Source of the DNA: an uncultured bacterium
Lineage (GTDB): Bacteria > Desulfobacterota > GWC2-55-46 > JAJCZF01
Assembly: GCA_965372515.1 (NCBI GenBank)
Contig: CBDVCO010000001.1
Span: forward strand, 686-64,685
Length of the DNA stretch: 64,000 nt
Reading direction: 5' to 3'
Positions 1 through 9,800 of this stretch are shown here, one piece after another. The notes beneath the pieces were generated by a model that saw only the letters and a list, made by a program, of their open reading frames with translations, had not been told where the DNA came from and did not search any database. Position numbers and translations under genes: made by a program. Numbering within the stretch: the stretch's first letter is position 1; every line of letters begins with the position of its first letter.

Positions 1-442
1 GAAGTAGTAGACCCCCGCGATTATAATAATACCTATGGCAACCAGAGTCAGCGTCAGAAACTTTCTAACCGGATAGGACCTCTCCGCCACATCCAACGAC
101 TTGGGTTTTTTAGCGGGCTCTTCAAACTCGGCTACCTCCTGCAGATACAGCTCGTAGCGAAGTAACGCCTCGTTCCCATCGACCCCGAGATATTTACAAT
201 AGGCCTTGATGAAGCCCTTGACAAAGGCGGTGTGGGGCAGGGCCTGGTAGTCGTCGGCCTCAAGCGCCTTCAAGAGCCTGACAGAGACCTTTATCTCACT
301 GGAGATATCCTCAAGGGAGACCTCCCTTAATTCCCTCTCTCTCTTTAAGTATTCACCCGGACAATCCATACTCACCACTTTTTAGTACTAATCATTATCA
401 ATCGTAGCTTTTCTATTACCGACCTTTATCAGGCAGAGCCCT

Positions 443-1216
443 TTACGGGGCGCTCATTAGGTCCTCTATATAGCGCCTTGCGCTAACGGCCCACGTTGAG
501 CCCGGCGCCGCCTCCATAACTACATTAAACTCCTTCAAGGCCCCGGCCTTATCACCATTCCTCATAAGCAAGAGGCCAAGGTTTAGATGGGCGGGGGCAA
601 AATTCTCGTCTATATTTATCGCGTTCATATAGGCCATCCTGGCCTCCTCATCCTTACCAGCCCTCTCTAACGCCAGACCAAGGTTGTTATATCCCCATCT
701 ATATTTTGGACTTATCTCCACCGCCTTTGTGAGATTTTTCACGGCGCCGTCGGTATCGCCCTTGTTTAACATGCCCCATGCGATATTATTATAGGCGAAC
801 TCCGGCGTCTTATAAAAAACATTCTTTAACGCGCCCTGAGACGCCTCGATAGCCTTATCCCATTCTTTCAATTTCAAGTAGAGGGCGCCAAGATTTACAT
901 ATGCCTCGCTAAACATCGGATCGAGCGCGATCGCCTTTGAAAAGTGCTCTTTCGCGCGGTCATAATGGCCCCTTGCGCCGTAAGCCAAAGCAAGGGCGTC
1001 ATGGAACCTGGCCTCCTCGGGCGCAAGCTCAACGGCCCTTGTAAGAGACTTTAAGGCCTCAAGATATTTTCCGTCATTAAAGTGAACAGAGCCCATCTGA
1101 TAGGCGTTGGTCGCCATATCCATCGTCATCTCCTCCCTGGCCTGCTTGTCCTTGGCGCCGCAAGAGACAAGAAGAGAGAGAAGCATAAAAGCTGCTAAAA
1201 TTCTAAAGGAGGACAT
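443..1216 (-). CDS. TPR-repeat lipoprotein. The ORF track starts at 1276, but the signal peptide with lipobox LLVSCG begins at the internal Met (1216).
   Basis: Signal peptide plus lipobox, then tandem TPR-like repeats (AxxYxxLG patterns) in the translation. Confidence 0.55.
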   Translation of the reverse strand: MSSFRILAAFMLLSLLVSCGAKDKQAREEMTMDMATNAYQMGSVHFNDGKYLEALKSLTRAVELAPEEARFHDALALAYGARGHYDRAKEHFSKAIALDPMFSEAYVNLGALYLKLKEWDKAIEASQGALKNVFYKTPEFAYNNIAWGMLNKGDTDGAVKNLTKAVEISPKYRWGYNNLGLALERAGKDEEARMAYMNAINIDENFAPAHLNLGLLLMRNGDKAGALKEFNVVMEAAPGSTWAVSARRYIEDLMSAP

Positions 1217-1318
1217 AGGCTTGATCAATTGGATACTCACCTGGTTAATGACTGAAACGATACTTTGACAGCGCAATCTCCCCGTATCGGGGACTACGCA
1301 TAACCATTGAATATAATA

Positions 1319-2230
1319 TCATAAATCCTCAAAATGGGTCAACCGCTTAAACTCGCCGTAGCGCTCGTTGATCTCATCCTCAGAGAGCTCCTTTAAGCGT
1401 TCAAGGCTAAAGGCCTCGACATTGAACGAGGCCATGGCGCTCCCGAATATTATGGCCTTACGGATATTGGCCTCGGTGAGGTCGTCGCTCTTGGCGAGAT
1501 AACCCATAAGCCCGCCCGCAAAGCAGTCTCCCGCGCCTGTCGGGTCGAATATATCTTCCAGGGGATAAGCCGGGGCGCTAAAGACACTCGTGCCGTTAAA
1601 CATAAGCGCGCCGTACTCTCCGCGCTTTACGATCAATACCTTGGCCCCAAGATCGAGTATGGTCCTGGCGGCCTTAACGAGGCTCGCGTCCGAGGCGAAC
1701 TCCCTTGCCTCCCCCTCGTTTATCACAATGAGATCGACCGACTTGAAGAGTTTTTTTAGCACTTCGGGCTTACTCTCTATCCAGAAGTTCATCGTGTCGC
1801 AGGCGACCATCTTCGGGCTATCAACCTGCTCCAGGACCTTCAATTGCAGTTCAGGATCGATATTTGCGAGAAACACATAAGGCGCTTTCTTGTAGGAATC
1901 GGGTATGACCGGGTCGAAGTCGCTAAAGACGTTAAGGTGCGTTTCAAGCGTGTGGGCCTGGTTAAGGTCATATTCGTAGCGCCCCTTCCAGCGAAATGTC
2001 TCGCCGGGGACCTTCTTTAGACCCTCCAGGTCGACGCCTTTGTCTTCGAGCACCTTGACGTACTCGTCGGGGAAGTCCTCGCCCACAACGGCTACGAGGC
2101 TTATCTTGGAAAAGTAGCTCGCGGCAACGGAAAAGTAAGTACCCGAACCGCCGAGCACATCCTCGGCCTTTCCAAACGGGGTCTCAACACTGTCGAAAGC
2201 AACGGAGCCAACCACTAAGATGTTACTCAT
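1319..2230 (-). CDS. PfkB-family carbohydrate/nucleoside kinase (ribokinase-like).
   Basis: N-terminal ILVVGSVAFD and C-terminal DPTGAGDCFAGG motifs. The start at internal Met (MSNILVVGS) avoids overlap with mtnP. Confidence 0.7.
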   Translation of the reverse strand: MSNILVVGSVAFDSVETPFGKAEDVLGGSGTYFSVAASYFSKISLVAVVGEDFPDEYVKVLEDKGVDLEGLKKVPGETFRWKGRYEYDLNQAHTLETHLNVFSDFDPVIPDSYKKAPYVFLANIDPELQLKVLEQVDSPKMVACDTMNFWIESKPEVLKKLFKSVDLIVINEGEAREFASDASLVKAARTILDLGAKVLIVKRGEYGALMFNGTSVFSAPAYPLEDIFDPTGAGDCFAGGLMGYLAKSDDLTEANIRKAIIFGSAMASFNVEAFSLERLKELSEDEINERYGEFKRLTHFEDL

Positions 2231-2264
2231 ATAATCCTCTTCTTTATACGGGTTAAAAATCCCC

Positions 2265-3122
2265 TTACAGATATTTTCCAAAGATAAGGTCCACCTTCTC
2301 TCTGGTCTCTTTTCCTATGGTCGAGGGGTCGGTCACAACGGCATACTTCATGGCCTCGGAGCAGGAGCACGCTCTGGGTGCTTCGAGCTTCCCGACCGCC
2401 CCCTTTATAATATCCTTTGAAACGGTTACGTTCTTCTTTATGGTCTCGAGTATCATCTCCACGGTAACAGACTCCTCTGTCTCATGCCAGCAGTCGTAGT
2501 CCGTGCTCAAGGCGAGCGTGGCGTAGCAAATTTCTGCTTCTCTCGCTAGCTTTGCCTCGGGGATATTGGTCATCCCTATAACGCTTACGCCCCATGAGCG
2601 GTAGAGATTCGACTCGGCCCTTGTAGAGAACTGCGGCCCCTCGATGCATACGTATGTCCCGCCCTTGTGGATGGTCGCGCCTACACTCTTGCCAGCGTCA
2701 AAAAGCGCGCCGCTCAGATCGGCGCATACCGGGTCTGCGAACTCAACATGGCCTACGATGCCGGAGCCGAAAAATGTAGACTCCCTCGCTCTGGTCCGAT
2801 CTATAAACTGGTCGACCACGACGATATGGCCGGGCTCGATCTCCTCACGCATGCTTCCAACGGCCGAGACCGATATTATGCGCTCTACCCCGAGCTTCTT
2901 CATCCCGTAGATATTAGCGCGGTAGTTAAGCTCCGAAGGCATGAGCCTGTGCCCACGGCCGTGGCGGGGCAGAAATACCATATCTACGTCGCCGAGCTTT
3001 CCGGTTATATAGAGGTCGCTCGGAGGGCCGAAAGGTGTGTCGACCTTAACCTCACTAACGTCGGTAAGGCCCTCTATCTCATAGAGGCCGCTACCGCCTA
3101 TAACGCCTACAACTGTGCCCAT
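2265..3122 (-). CDS. mtnP: S-methyl-5'-thioadenosine phosphorylase.
   Basis: GVIGGSGLY N-terminus and the PNP/MTAP-family pattern throughout. Adjacent to the PfkB kinase, consistent with a salvage pair. Confidence 0.85.
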   Translation of the reverse strand: MGTVVGVIGGSGLYEIEGLTDVSEVKVDTPFGPPSDLYITGKLGDVDMVFLPRHGRGHRLMPSELNYRANIYGMKKLGVERIISVSAVGSMREEIEPGHIVVVDQFIDRTRARESTFFGSGIVGHVEFADPVCADLSGALFDAGKSVGATIHKGGTYVCIEGPQFSTRAESNLYRSWGVSVIGMTNIPEAKLAREAEICYATLALSTDYDCWHETEESVTVEMILETIKKNVTVSKDIIKGAVGKLEAPRACSCSEAMKYAVVTDPSTIGKETREKVDLIFGKYL

Positions 3123-3267
3123 TCAAAGCTCCTTGAACTTTCCTCTGAAATCAGTGAAAAACATACTTTTTTACCATCAAAAGCGCCCAATGGTCAAGGG
3201 GTTTCCAAACTACGCATAATTTTATCGATTTGGAAGGGAAACTGCCCAGCCGGGATGAAAAAAAGAC

Positions 3268-3304
3268 AAAAAAAAGCCCCTCTCCCGTATAACGGAAGAG
3301 GGGC
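3268..3304 (-). terminator. Rho-independent terminator downstream of cspA.
   Basis: GCCCCTCT...AGAGGGGC 8-bp GC stem, followed on the minus strand by an 8-U tract. Confidence 0.7.
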
Positions 3305-3320
3305 TATATAAATCAAGAAA

Positions 3321-3521
3321 CTAGAGTTCTACTACCCTCGACGCCTGGGGCCCCTTGGGACCTTCGGAAACATCGAACTGAACACGCTGGCCTTCTCTAA
3401 GGGTCTTAAAGCCCTCATTCTCGATGGCGCTGTAATGTACGAATACATCACCGCCGGAATCCTGCTCGATAAAGCCGAACCCCTTGGTCTCGTTAAACCA
3501 TTTTACTGTTCCTTCCGCCAT
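3321..3521 (-). CDS. cspA: Cold-shock protein (CspA family), 66 aa.
   Basis: [18 protein letters not shown] with RNP motifs. A perfect AAGGAGG SD lies 7 nt upstream of ATG 3521. The longer ORF-track start at 3572 is rejected. Confidence 0.9.
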   Translation of the reverse strand: MAEGTVKWFNETKGFGFIEQDSGGDVFVHYSAIENEGFKTLREGQRVQFDVSEGPKGPQASRVVEL

Positions 3522-3747
3522 AATACAAAACCTCCTTTCTAAAAATTTCATCAGTCCTGGGGTTTTGCACAATCGGAAAGATTATATTGAAAAACCCATT
3601 TTTAAACATAATGATTAGTACCCTTTTACAATCAATTTACAGCAAAGTCAAGGCATTTTGGTCCAGGAATCGACAAAAAATACTCAACAAAAAAGGGCCT
3701 TGAAAACACCCCCGGCCCCACGGCCAGCCCCCTTGTTTGCCGCCCAT

Positions 3748-4782
3748 TTATCGCCCCTTTTGAGAGAGCTGTCCGCAGGCGGCGAGAATATCGGTGCCCT
3801 TACTCGTCCTCACAACCGCTACAAAACCTGCTTTGATAAGTGTATCCTTAAAAGAAAAGATGTCCTCAGGCTCCGGCGCGGCGTAAAGGGAGCCTTTGTG
3901 CGGGTTAAAGGGTATGAGGTTTATCTTGACCCGGATCCCCTTTAAGAGGCTCGCCAACCTCTTTGCGTCGGCACGCGTGTCGTTTACACCCTTTATAAGC
4001 ACGTACTCTATAGTGATGTGGCGGCTCTTGGTAAGCGGGAATTCCTTTAACGCCTTGATAAGTTCGGCGAGAGGATACTTCTTGTTTATCGGCATAAGCC
4101 TTGAGCGTACCTCATCGGTCGTTGCGTTAAGAGAGACCGCCAGGTTGATATTGCTATCCTCGCCGAGCCTCGCTATCATCGGCACGATACCGGCGGTCGA
4201 CAGGGTCACCCTCCTCGGGGCAAAGGCAAGGCCCTTTTGATCTACAAGGAGATTGACGAACTTTATTACCTCATTATAATTAAGTAGCGGCTCGCCCATT
4301 CCCATCAACACGATATTGGTGATCCTGTCATCCTCGTCTATAAGAGCCCTGCCAACGAAGAACTGGGCAGTCATCTCGCTTAAGAAGAGGTCTCTTCCGG
4401 CCCCTCCGGCCCCTGTGAGACAGAACCCACAGCCGAGCGCGCATCCCGCCTGCGTTGAGACGCAGAGCGTCAATCTGCCGTCGTCCTTCATGCTCGGTAT
4501 GACCACGCTCTCAATCCGAGCGCCGTCCTTAAGCTTTAATACGAACTTTATCGTACCGTCTTCGCTACAAAGCTCCTCGCAAAGTTCAGGGGCTTCAAGA
4601 ACGGCACGCTCCTTTAGCTTTTCTCTAAGCTCCTTTGAAAGATCGGTCATGGAATCTATATCAAAAACGCTCTTAGTGTATATCCAGGCGTATATCTGCT
4701 CAGCGCGATAGGCTCGCTCATTAAGCGTGCCTACGAACTCCGTAATCTCATCTTTTGTCATATCGAGTAAGTTTATCATCAC
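3748..4782 (-). CDS. rlmN: 23S rRNA (A2503 C2) / tRNA methyltransferase RlmN, radical SAM.
   Basis: CALGCGFC radical-SAM CxxxCxxC motif and RlmN/Cfr-like overall pattern. Confidence 0.85.
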   Translation of the reverse strand: MMINLLDMTKDEITEFVGTLNERAYRAEQIYAWIYTKSVFDIDSMTDLSKELREKLKERAVLEAPELCEELCSEDGTIKFVLKLKDGARIESVVIPSMKDDGRLTLCVSTQAGCALGCGFCLTGAGGAGRDLFLSEMTAQFFVGRALIDEDDRITNIVLMGMGEPLLNYNEVIKFVNLLVDQKGLAFAPRRVTLSTAGIVPMIARLGEDSNINLAVSLNATTDEVRSRLMPINKKYPLAELIKALKEFPLTKSRHITIEYVLIKGVNDTRADAKRLASLLKGIRVKINLIPFNPHKGSLYAAPEPEDIFSFKDTLIKAGFVAVVRTSKGTDILAACGQLSQKGR

Positions 4783-4945
4783 TTAAGAGGGCACCCTAAA
4801 ACCCTTTGTGGGTTAAAATAGAACGATAAGACTAGGCCCCGGCCTCTTAGGCTAGAACCATGAGAAAACATTAAATCTCAAAAACCTTTACAAATCAAGC
4901 GGATTTAAGCCACTTAAGAGAGCGAAATCTCTTGATTTTTGTTAT

Positions 4946-4953
4946 TGTATACA
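4946..4953. promoter_or_regulatory. Perfect 8-bp palindrome TGTATACA (GT-N-AC core), candidate GntR autoregulatory operator.
   Basis: Lies 15 nt upstream of the gntR start. GntR-family operators have a GT..AC palindromic core. Confidence 0.3.
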
Positions 4954-4967
4954 GTATATATTAATTT

Positions 4968-5669
4968 ATGGGCAAAGAAAACAAGCTGGATTATCCGATA
5001 GAGCGCCACCTTACTCTACGTGAACGGATAGTGGAGTTCATTAAGGACGCCGTTATAAGCGGCTCCCTTAAGCCCGGCGAGCGCGTACCTGAAAGCGAAA
5101 TAGCAGAGCGCTTCGGCATCAGCAGGACCCCCATAAGAGAGGCCTTCCGCCAGCTGGAGAGCGAGGGCTTTTTGATAATGACCCCTCGAAAGGGCGCGGT
5201 GGTAAGCCCCATCACCGACAAGGACGTCCGCGAATTCTACGCCATAAAGAGCCTGCTCGAGGGCTATGCCGCTGAGAAGGCCTGCATGGAGCTAACCGAC
5301 AAGGAGATAAAGAAGCTAAAAGACCTGAACGCGGAGATGGAAAAGAGCCAGGAGAAGGGAAATGTTAAAAACTTCTTCAAGCTCGACAACCAGTTTCACG
5401 AGGTATTCATAAAGGGATGCAGGAACGAAAAGCTATGCGCCCTTATACACCAGCTCGTGGAGCAGTTTGAACGCTTCAGGATCACGGCGCTAAGCCTGCC
5501 GGGGAGGATGCAGAACTCGGTAATGCAGCACAAGGAGATAATCGAAGCTATTGAGGACAAAAAGACCGATCTCGTGGCAACGCTCGTCAGGGCGAACGCC
5601 GAGAGCAACTGTGAAGTCCTTGTTCGCGAACTCTTAAAGGAGAGCGCCGAAACTTCGGCCGACAAATAG
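4968..5669 (+). CDS. GntR-family transcriptional regulator (FadR/FCD-type C-terminal domain).
   Basis: N-terminal wHTH ESEIAERFGISRTPIREAF and a helical FCD-like C-terminus. Confidence 0.75.
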   Translation: MGKENKLDYPIERHLTLRERIVEFIKDAVISGSLKPGERVPESEIAERFGISRTPIREAFRQLESEGFLIMTPRKGAVVSPITDKDVREFYAIKSLLEGYAAEKACMELTDKEIKKLKDLNAEMEKSQEKGNVKNFFKLDNQFHEVFIKGCRNEKLCALIHQLVEQFERFRITALSLPGRMQNSVMQHKEIIEAIEDKKTDLVATLVRANAESNCEVLVRELLKESAETSADK

Positions 5670-5776
5670 AAGGGGGCAGCAAAGAAAGGTCCGCCACCCA
5701 GGACGGATATAGATCCATACTCAACTCAACCGCTCCAAATCTTTCAACCCCCTCCTGCCAGAGGACAAAAAAATCC

Positions 5777-6727
5777 ATGCCGACGAACCACACCTTTACA
5801 ACCTCTGAGAACGACGCCAAAGAGAGGCTCGACATCTTTCTCCATGAGAAACTGCCCGGGACCACACGGTCGAACCTGAAGCATATTATCAGCGAGGGGC
5901 TCGTCAAGGTTGGCGGCAAGCGGGTAATGAAGGCCGGACACAGGCTAAAGAGCCATGAAGAGGTAGAGATCACGCTCCCGGAGGTTGAGACGGACGAACT
6001 CAAAGCCGAACCGATAGAGCTCGATATCCTTTTTGAGGACGACTCTCTTATAGTAATAAACAAAGGGGCGGGGCTTGCCGTCCATCCGGGAGCCGGAAGG
6101 CTCACAGGCACCCTCGCCTCGGCCCTGCTCCACCACACGGAGAAGCTCTCAAGCGTCGGCGGCCCGCTTCGCCCCGGCATAGTACATCGCCTTGATAAGG
6201 ATACCACAGGCGTAATGGTCGTTGCCAAAGACGACGAGACGCACAATAAGCTAGCCAAACAGTTCAAGGAACATACGATCAAACGCAGCTACCACGCCGT
6301 TGTCTGGGGGGTCACGGATGATGACGAAGGAGATATAGATATGCCGCTAGGCCGCTCGCCAAAGGACCGGAAGAAGATCTCTATCGACGCTAAAAAGACA
6401 AGGGAGGCCCGCACGCACTACAAGGTGCTAAAGCGTTTTGACGGATTCTCGCTCCTTGAGCTCACCCCGCACACAGGCAGGACGCACCAGATACGCGTAC
6501 ATCTGGCGGCAATAAACCACCCGGTTGTGGGCGACACTCTCTATGGAAAGAGAAAGATACCGAGCGCGCTCGGTAAGCCCATAGCCGACAGGATAAAGGG
6601 AGTAAAACGCCAGTGCCTGCACGCCATAACGCTTGGCTTTATCCACCCGCGTTCAGGAAAAGAGATGAACTTTGAAGCCCCGTATCCGAGTGATATAGAG
6701 CGGCTTATTGAGGAACTTGGTAATTGA
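5777..6727 (+). CDS. rluD: 23S rRNA pseudouridine synthase, RluD family.
   Basis: S4 domain N-terminus and the HRLDKDTTGVMVVAK catalytic motif. Confidence 0.85.
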   Translation: MPTNHTFTTSENDAKERLDIFLHEKLPGTTRSNLKHIISEGLVKVGGKRVMKAGHRLKSHEEVEITLPEVETDELKAEPIELDILFEDDSLIVINKGAGLAVHPGAGRLTGTLASALLHHTEKLSSVGGPLRPGIVHRLDKDTTGVMVVAKDDETHNKLAKQFKEHTIKRSYHAVVWGVTDDDEGDIDMPLGRSPKDRKKISIDAKKTREARTHYKVLKRFDGFSLLELTPHTGRTHQIRVHLAAINHPVVGDTLYGKRKIPSALGKPIADRIKGVKRQCLHAITLGFIHPRSGKEMNFEAPYPSDIERLIEELGN

Positions 6728-7446
6728 TGACCACAGGCGAAAAGACGTATTTCTTTTCCGAAGTTCTTGACACTCCGGGCGTAAAGCACGCCTTCCTTGG
6801 CAGATTCGATAGCCCCCGGGGGCTTGACGGATCGACCATGGAGATATTCGGCCACCCGTCCAGGGAGGTCATAACAATAGAGCAGGTCCACGGCAACTCT
6901 ATTTTGCTGCTGGACAAGCCGCTTAAGGAAATGTCATTCTACTCTGAGGTTACCGGCGACGCCATAGTGACGGCGCTCCCCGGTCTCCCAATAGCCATAA
7001 GGAGCGCGGACTGCCTGCCGATACTCCTCTATGATGATAGCATTATGGCCATCGGCGCCGCGCACGCGGGATGGAAGTCCACACTGGAACAGGTCGCCAT
7101 AAAGACCGTAGAGGCAATGCAAAAGGAGTTCGGCTCCAGGCCGGAAGATATTAAAGCCGCTTTCGGCCCGCATATAGGGCCGTGTTGCTACATTGTGAAC
7201 CCTGACCTGGCTGAAAAGTTCGACAGGGCAGGCGTTGGCCGAAAAGCTTTTATTACAACAGATGGTTCCACAAGGCTCGATCTCGCGCGCGCGAATATGG
7301 ACCAGCTCCTTCAGGGCGGGCTTAAAGAGGAAAATATCTCAAGCAGGGCCCCGTGCACGAGCTGTAATACCGAACACTACTACTCTTACAGAGTGGAGGG
7401 TGAGAGTGCGGGAAGACAACTTAGTATTATTATGATGGGAGGGTAA
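6724..7446 (+). CDS. pgeF: Peptidoglycan editing factor PgeF (YfiH/DUF152 laccase-domain protein).
   Basis: DUF152 pattern (HAGWKS, CCY motifs). Overlaps rluD by 4 nt (ATGA). Confidence 0.8.
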   Translation: MMTTGEKTYFFSEVLDTPGVKHAFLGRFDSPRGLDGSTMEIFGHPSREVITIEQVHGNSILLLDKPLKEMSFYSEVTGDAIVTALPGLPIAIRSADCLPILLYDDSIMAIGAAHAGWKSTLEQVAIKTVEAMQKEFGSRPEDIKAAFGPHIGPCCYIVNPDLAEKFDRAGVGRKAFITTDGSTRLDLARANMDQLLQGGLKEENISSRAPCTSCNTEHYYSYRVEGESAGRQLSIIMMGG

Positions 7447-7448
7447 CA

Positions 7449-8051
7449 TTGATCATAGGACTAACAGGCGCCATTGCCTCGGGCAAGAGCCTTGTGGCCG
7501 ACGAGTTTGAAAAACTCGGCGCGAGGATCATAGACGCCGACATCATAGCGCGCGAAGTGATCAGCCCGGGCGAGGAGACCTTTAAGATGGTCGTTAAAGA
7601 GTTCGGCGATGATATCCTATCCGATACCGGAGAGATTGAGCGCACAGCACTGGCCGATATCGTCTTTAACGACTGTGAGAAACTCTCAAAGCTCAACCAG
7701 ATCACCCACCCGGAGATAATCAAGAGGATACTCGACCGCATTGAAGAGATCAGAGCAGAGTCCCCGGACGCCTTGATAGTATTAGACGCTCCGCTCCTAA
7801 TAGAGGTCGGGCTCCATGAAAAGGTAGACCGGGTGGTGGTGGTATATGTCGACGACCCGACACTTGTAGAGAGGATAATCGAGAGAGACAAGCTCAATCC
7901 GAAAGAGGCCGCAAAGAGGCTCTCGTGCCAGATGCCGCTTAAGGAGAAGATAGAGTACGCCGACTACGTCATCTACAACAAGGCCACGATCGAAGAGACA
8001 CTCAAGCAGGTTGGCGAAATATTTGCCGATATAAGCGAAAGCCAGGCATAG
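7449..8051 (+). CDS. coaE: Dephospho-CoA kinase.
   Basis: IGLTGAIASGKS P-loop and CoaE-like overall pattern. TTG start. Confidence 0.85.
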   Translation: MIIGLTGAIASGKSLVADEFEKLGARIIDADIIAREVISPGEETFKMVVKEFGDDILSDTGEIERTALADIVFNDCEKLSKLNQITHPEIIKRILDRIEEIRAESPDALIVLDAPLLIEVGLHEKVDRVVVVYVDDPTLVERIIERDKLNPKEAAKRLSCQMPLKEKIEYADYVIYNKATIEETLKQVGEIFADISESQA

Positions 8052-8072
8052 ATCAATACAGCTGACGCGGTA

Positions 8073-8813
8073 CTAGAGGGCCTTGTAGACAAGTAACACG
8101 CCTGAGACAAAAAGAAATACCGCGAAAATCTTTCCGTACTTCTCATTATCGATATTCGTATATACAAATTTATCGATCAGAAAAAATATCACCACACCGG
8201 TCACTAAATATATCACATTCTCCCTATACCTGATGTCCGGGCCGGGTCCGGCTGAGATCAGGGCCGAACCTGCGAGCGTAAGTATTTGAAAGAGAGCGAA
8301 TGTTCCGTAGGAGGCCGCGCAGGTAACCCGGGTTATATCCTTTTCCGGGTAATTCTTTCCATGCACTATGGCCGTAAGCAGTGAGCCACCGAGGTTGGTC
8401 AATCCGTGTATTATACCCATGACGATAAAATAAGTCCTCTCAAAACGCACCATGGACTCGAGTATCCGCTCTATCCTCTTTGAATAGCTCTTGAGCGCGA
8501 CAAATACCAGGAAGAGCCCGATAATAATGCCGATATTAATACTGAACTTTGTTACGAGGAAAAGAAATATGATCACGAACGGAATGGTAAATATGATTAT
8601 CTTCTTATAGAAATCCCTGTCTATGTGCTTATAGTCTTTAATGACCTGAAAGAGATTGATGGTGATCGAAATCGGCAAGAGGATTATCAATGCATGCTCA
8701 AACGGGTAACCCAGGAGCAAGAGCGCCGGTGTCCCGAACAGCAGGACCCCAACGCCGAAGATCGATTGGATCGTCGCGGTGACTATGATTGTCAAAAGAA
8801 TATCTATGGCCAT
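8073..8813 (-). CDS. TauE/SafE (DUF81) family anion exporter-like membrane protein.
   Basis: About 8 TM segments with duplicated Gly-rich motifs (FGVGVLLFGTPALL; GLTNLGGSLL). Confidence 0.55.
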   Translation of the reverse strand: MAIDILLTIIVTATIQSIFGVGVLLFGTPALLLLGYPFEHALIILLPISITINLFQVIKDYKHIDRDFYKKIIIFTIPFVIIFLFLVTKFSINIGIIIGLFLVFVALKSYSKRIERILESMVRFERTYFIVMGIIHGLTNLGGSLLTAIVHGKNYPEKDITRVTCAASYGTFALFQILTLAGSALISAGPGPDIRYRENVIYLVTGVVIFFLIDKFVYTNIDNEKYGKIFAVFLFVSGVLLVYKAL

Positions 8814-8962
8814 AGAAGTAAGGTGCTGTAGTAGAGTCAGCGACTAATATTGCAAAAATACCCTCACCTGTCAAACATTTTATATCCGCACTGGTAGCGA
8901 TTGACTTTCTCTTAACTATGTTATAAATTGGAGCCAAATCCACACCAAATCCGTAGAGAGCC

Positions 8963-9463
8963 ATGAAACTGGATCAGCATTCAAAGATGCTTCGCATATA
9001 TATAGGCGAGGACGACAAGTGCGAGGATCGCCCGCTCCACGAGGTGATAGTGAAGAAGGCCAGAGAGGCGGGCATGGCCGGAGCGACCGTATTTCGCGCA
9101 TTAGGGGGCTTCGGCGCCAACAGCCGCGTGCGCTCATCCGGCTTGCTTGGGCTCTCAAGAGACCTCCCGATAATAGTAGTGCTGGTAGATACCCCCGAAC
9201 GCATTGAGTCCTTTGTCCCGACTCTCGAAGAACTCATCCAGGACGGACTTGTCACTATAGAGGATATAGAGGTCGTCCTCTACCGCTCGGCCTCCATGAA
9301 CAGACTTGAAGAGGGCACTGAAGAAGAAAAGGACGCGGAAATAGAACAGGTGAAGGAAGAGATGAAAGATGAGATCAAGGAGACCATTAAGGAAGAGATC
9401 AAAGAAGAGATCATAGAGGCGGTTATTGACGCGGCAAAAGAAGAGATAGAAGAAGATTTTTAA
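8963..9463 (+). CDS. DUF190 (PII-like fold, COG1993) protein with an acidic Glu/Lys-rich repetitive C-terminal tail.
   Basis: LRIYIGEDDK...PLHEVIVKKAREAGMAGATVFRALGGFG matches the DUF190 signature. The EEIKEEI-type tail is encoded by GAAGAGAT-like DNA repeats. Confidence 0.6.
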   Translation: MKLDQHSKMLRIYIGEDDKCEDRPLHEVIVKKAREAGMAGATVFRALGGFGANSRVRSSGLLGLSRDLPIIVVLVDTPERIESFVPTLEELIQDGLVTIEDIEVVLYRSASMNRLEEGTEEEKDAEIEQVKEEMKDEIKETIKEEIKEEIIEAVIDAAKEEIEEDF

Positions 9464-9481
9464 CGTGGCCCACCGCTCCGC

Positions 9482-9763
9482 TCACCCCCCGCTATCCGCA
9501 TTGAATTTATCCCTGCACTCACTGCCGCAAAAATAATAAGTCTTACCTTCACGAACGACCTTTATCGCGATCTCCTTTGCCACATAACTCCCGCATACAG
9601 GATCGAGCACCGTCTCCTCGGTCTCAAAATCACCGCCGTCGCCAGCATCCCCCTTCCCTGCTTTGCCCCTGTCCCATCTGGCAGGCCCTTTCGTTGAGAC
9701 AAGGATCTTCTTTACCACTACATATACGATATACGCGATTATAATATAGAATAAAAGTCTCAA
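9482..9763 (-). CDS. Small membrane-anchored YHS/TRASH-domain metal-binding protein.
   Basis: N-terminal TM helix, then DPVCGSYV...YYFCGSECRDKF, which is a YHS-domain pattern. Confidence 0.55.
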   Translation of the reverse strand: MRLLFYIIIAYIVYVVVKKILVSTKGPARWDRGKAGKGDAGDGGDFETEETVLDPVCGSYVAKEIAIKVVREGKTYYFCGSECRDKFNADSGG

Positions 9764-9800
9764 ACGAGTCGCCTCCTAAAGAACCCTTTAAAATATCTCA

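Noticed and set aside
8814-8962. Possible fluoride riboswitch upstream of the DUF190 / CLC genes.
   Set aside because: I could not find the conserved crcB-motif core by eye in either 8814-8962 or 11508-11618. It needs a covariance-model scan before any claim.
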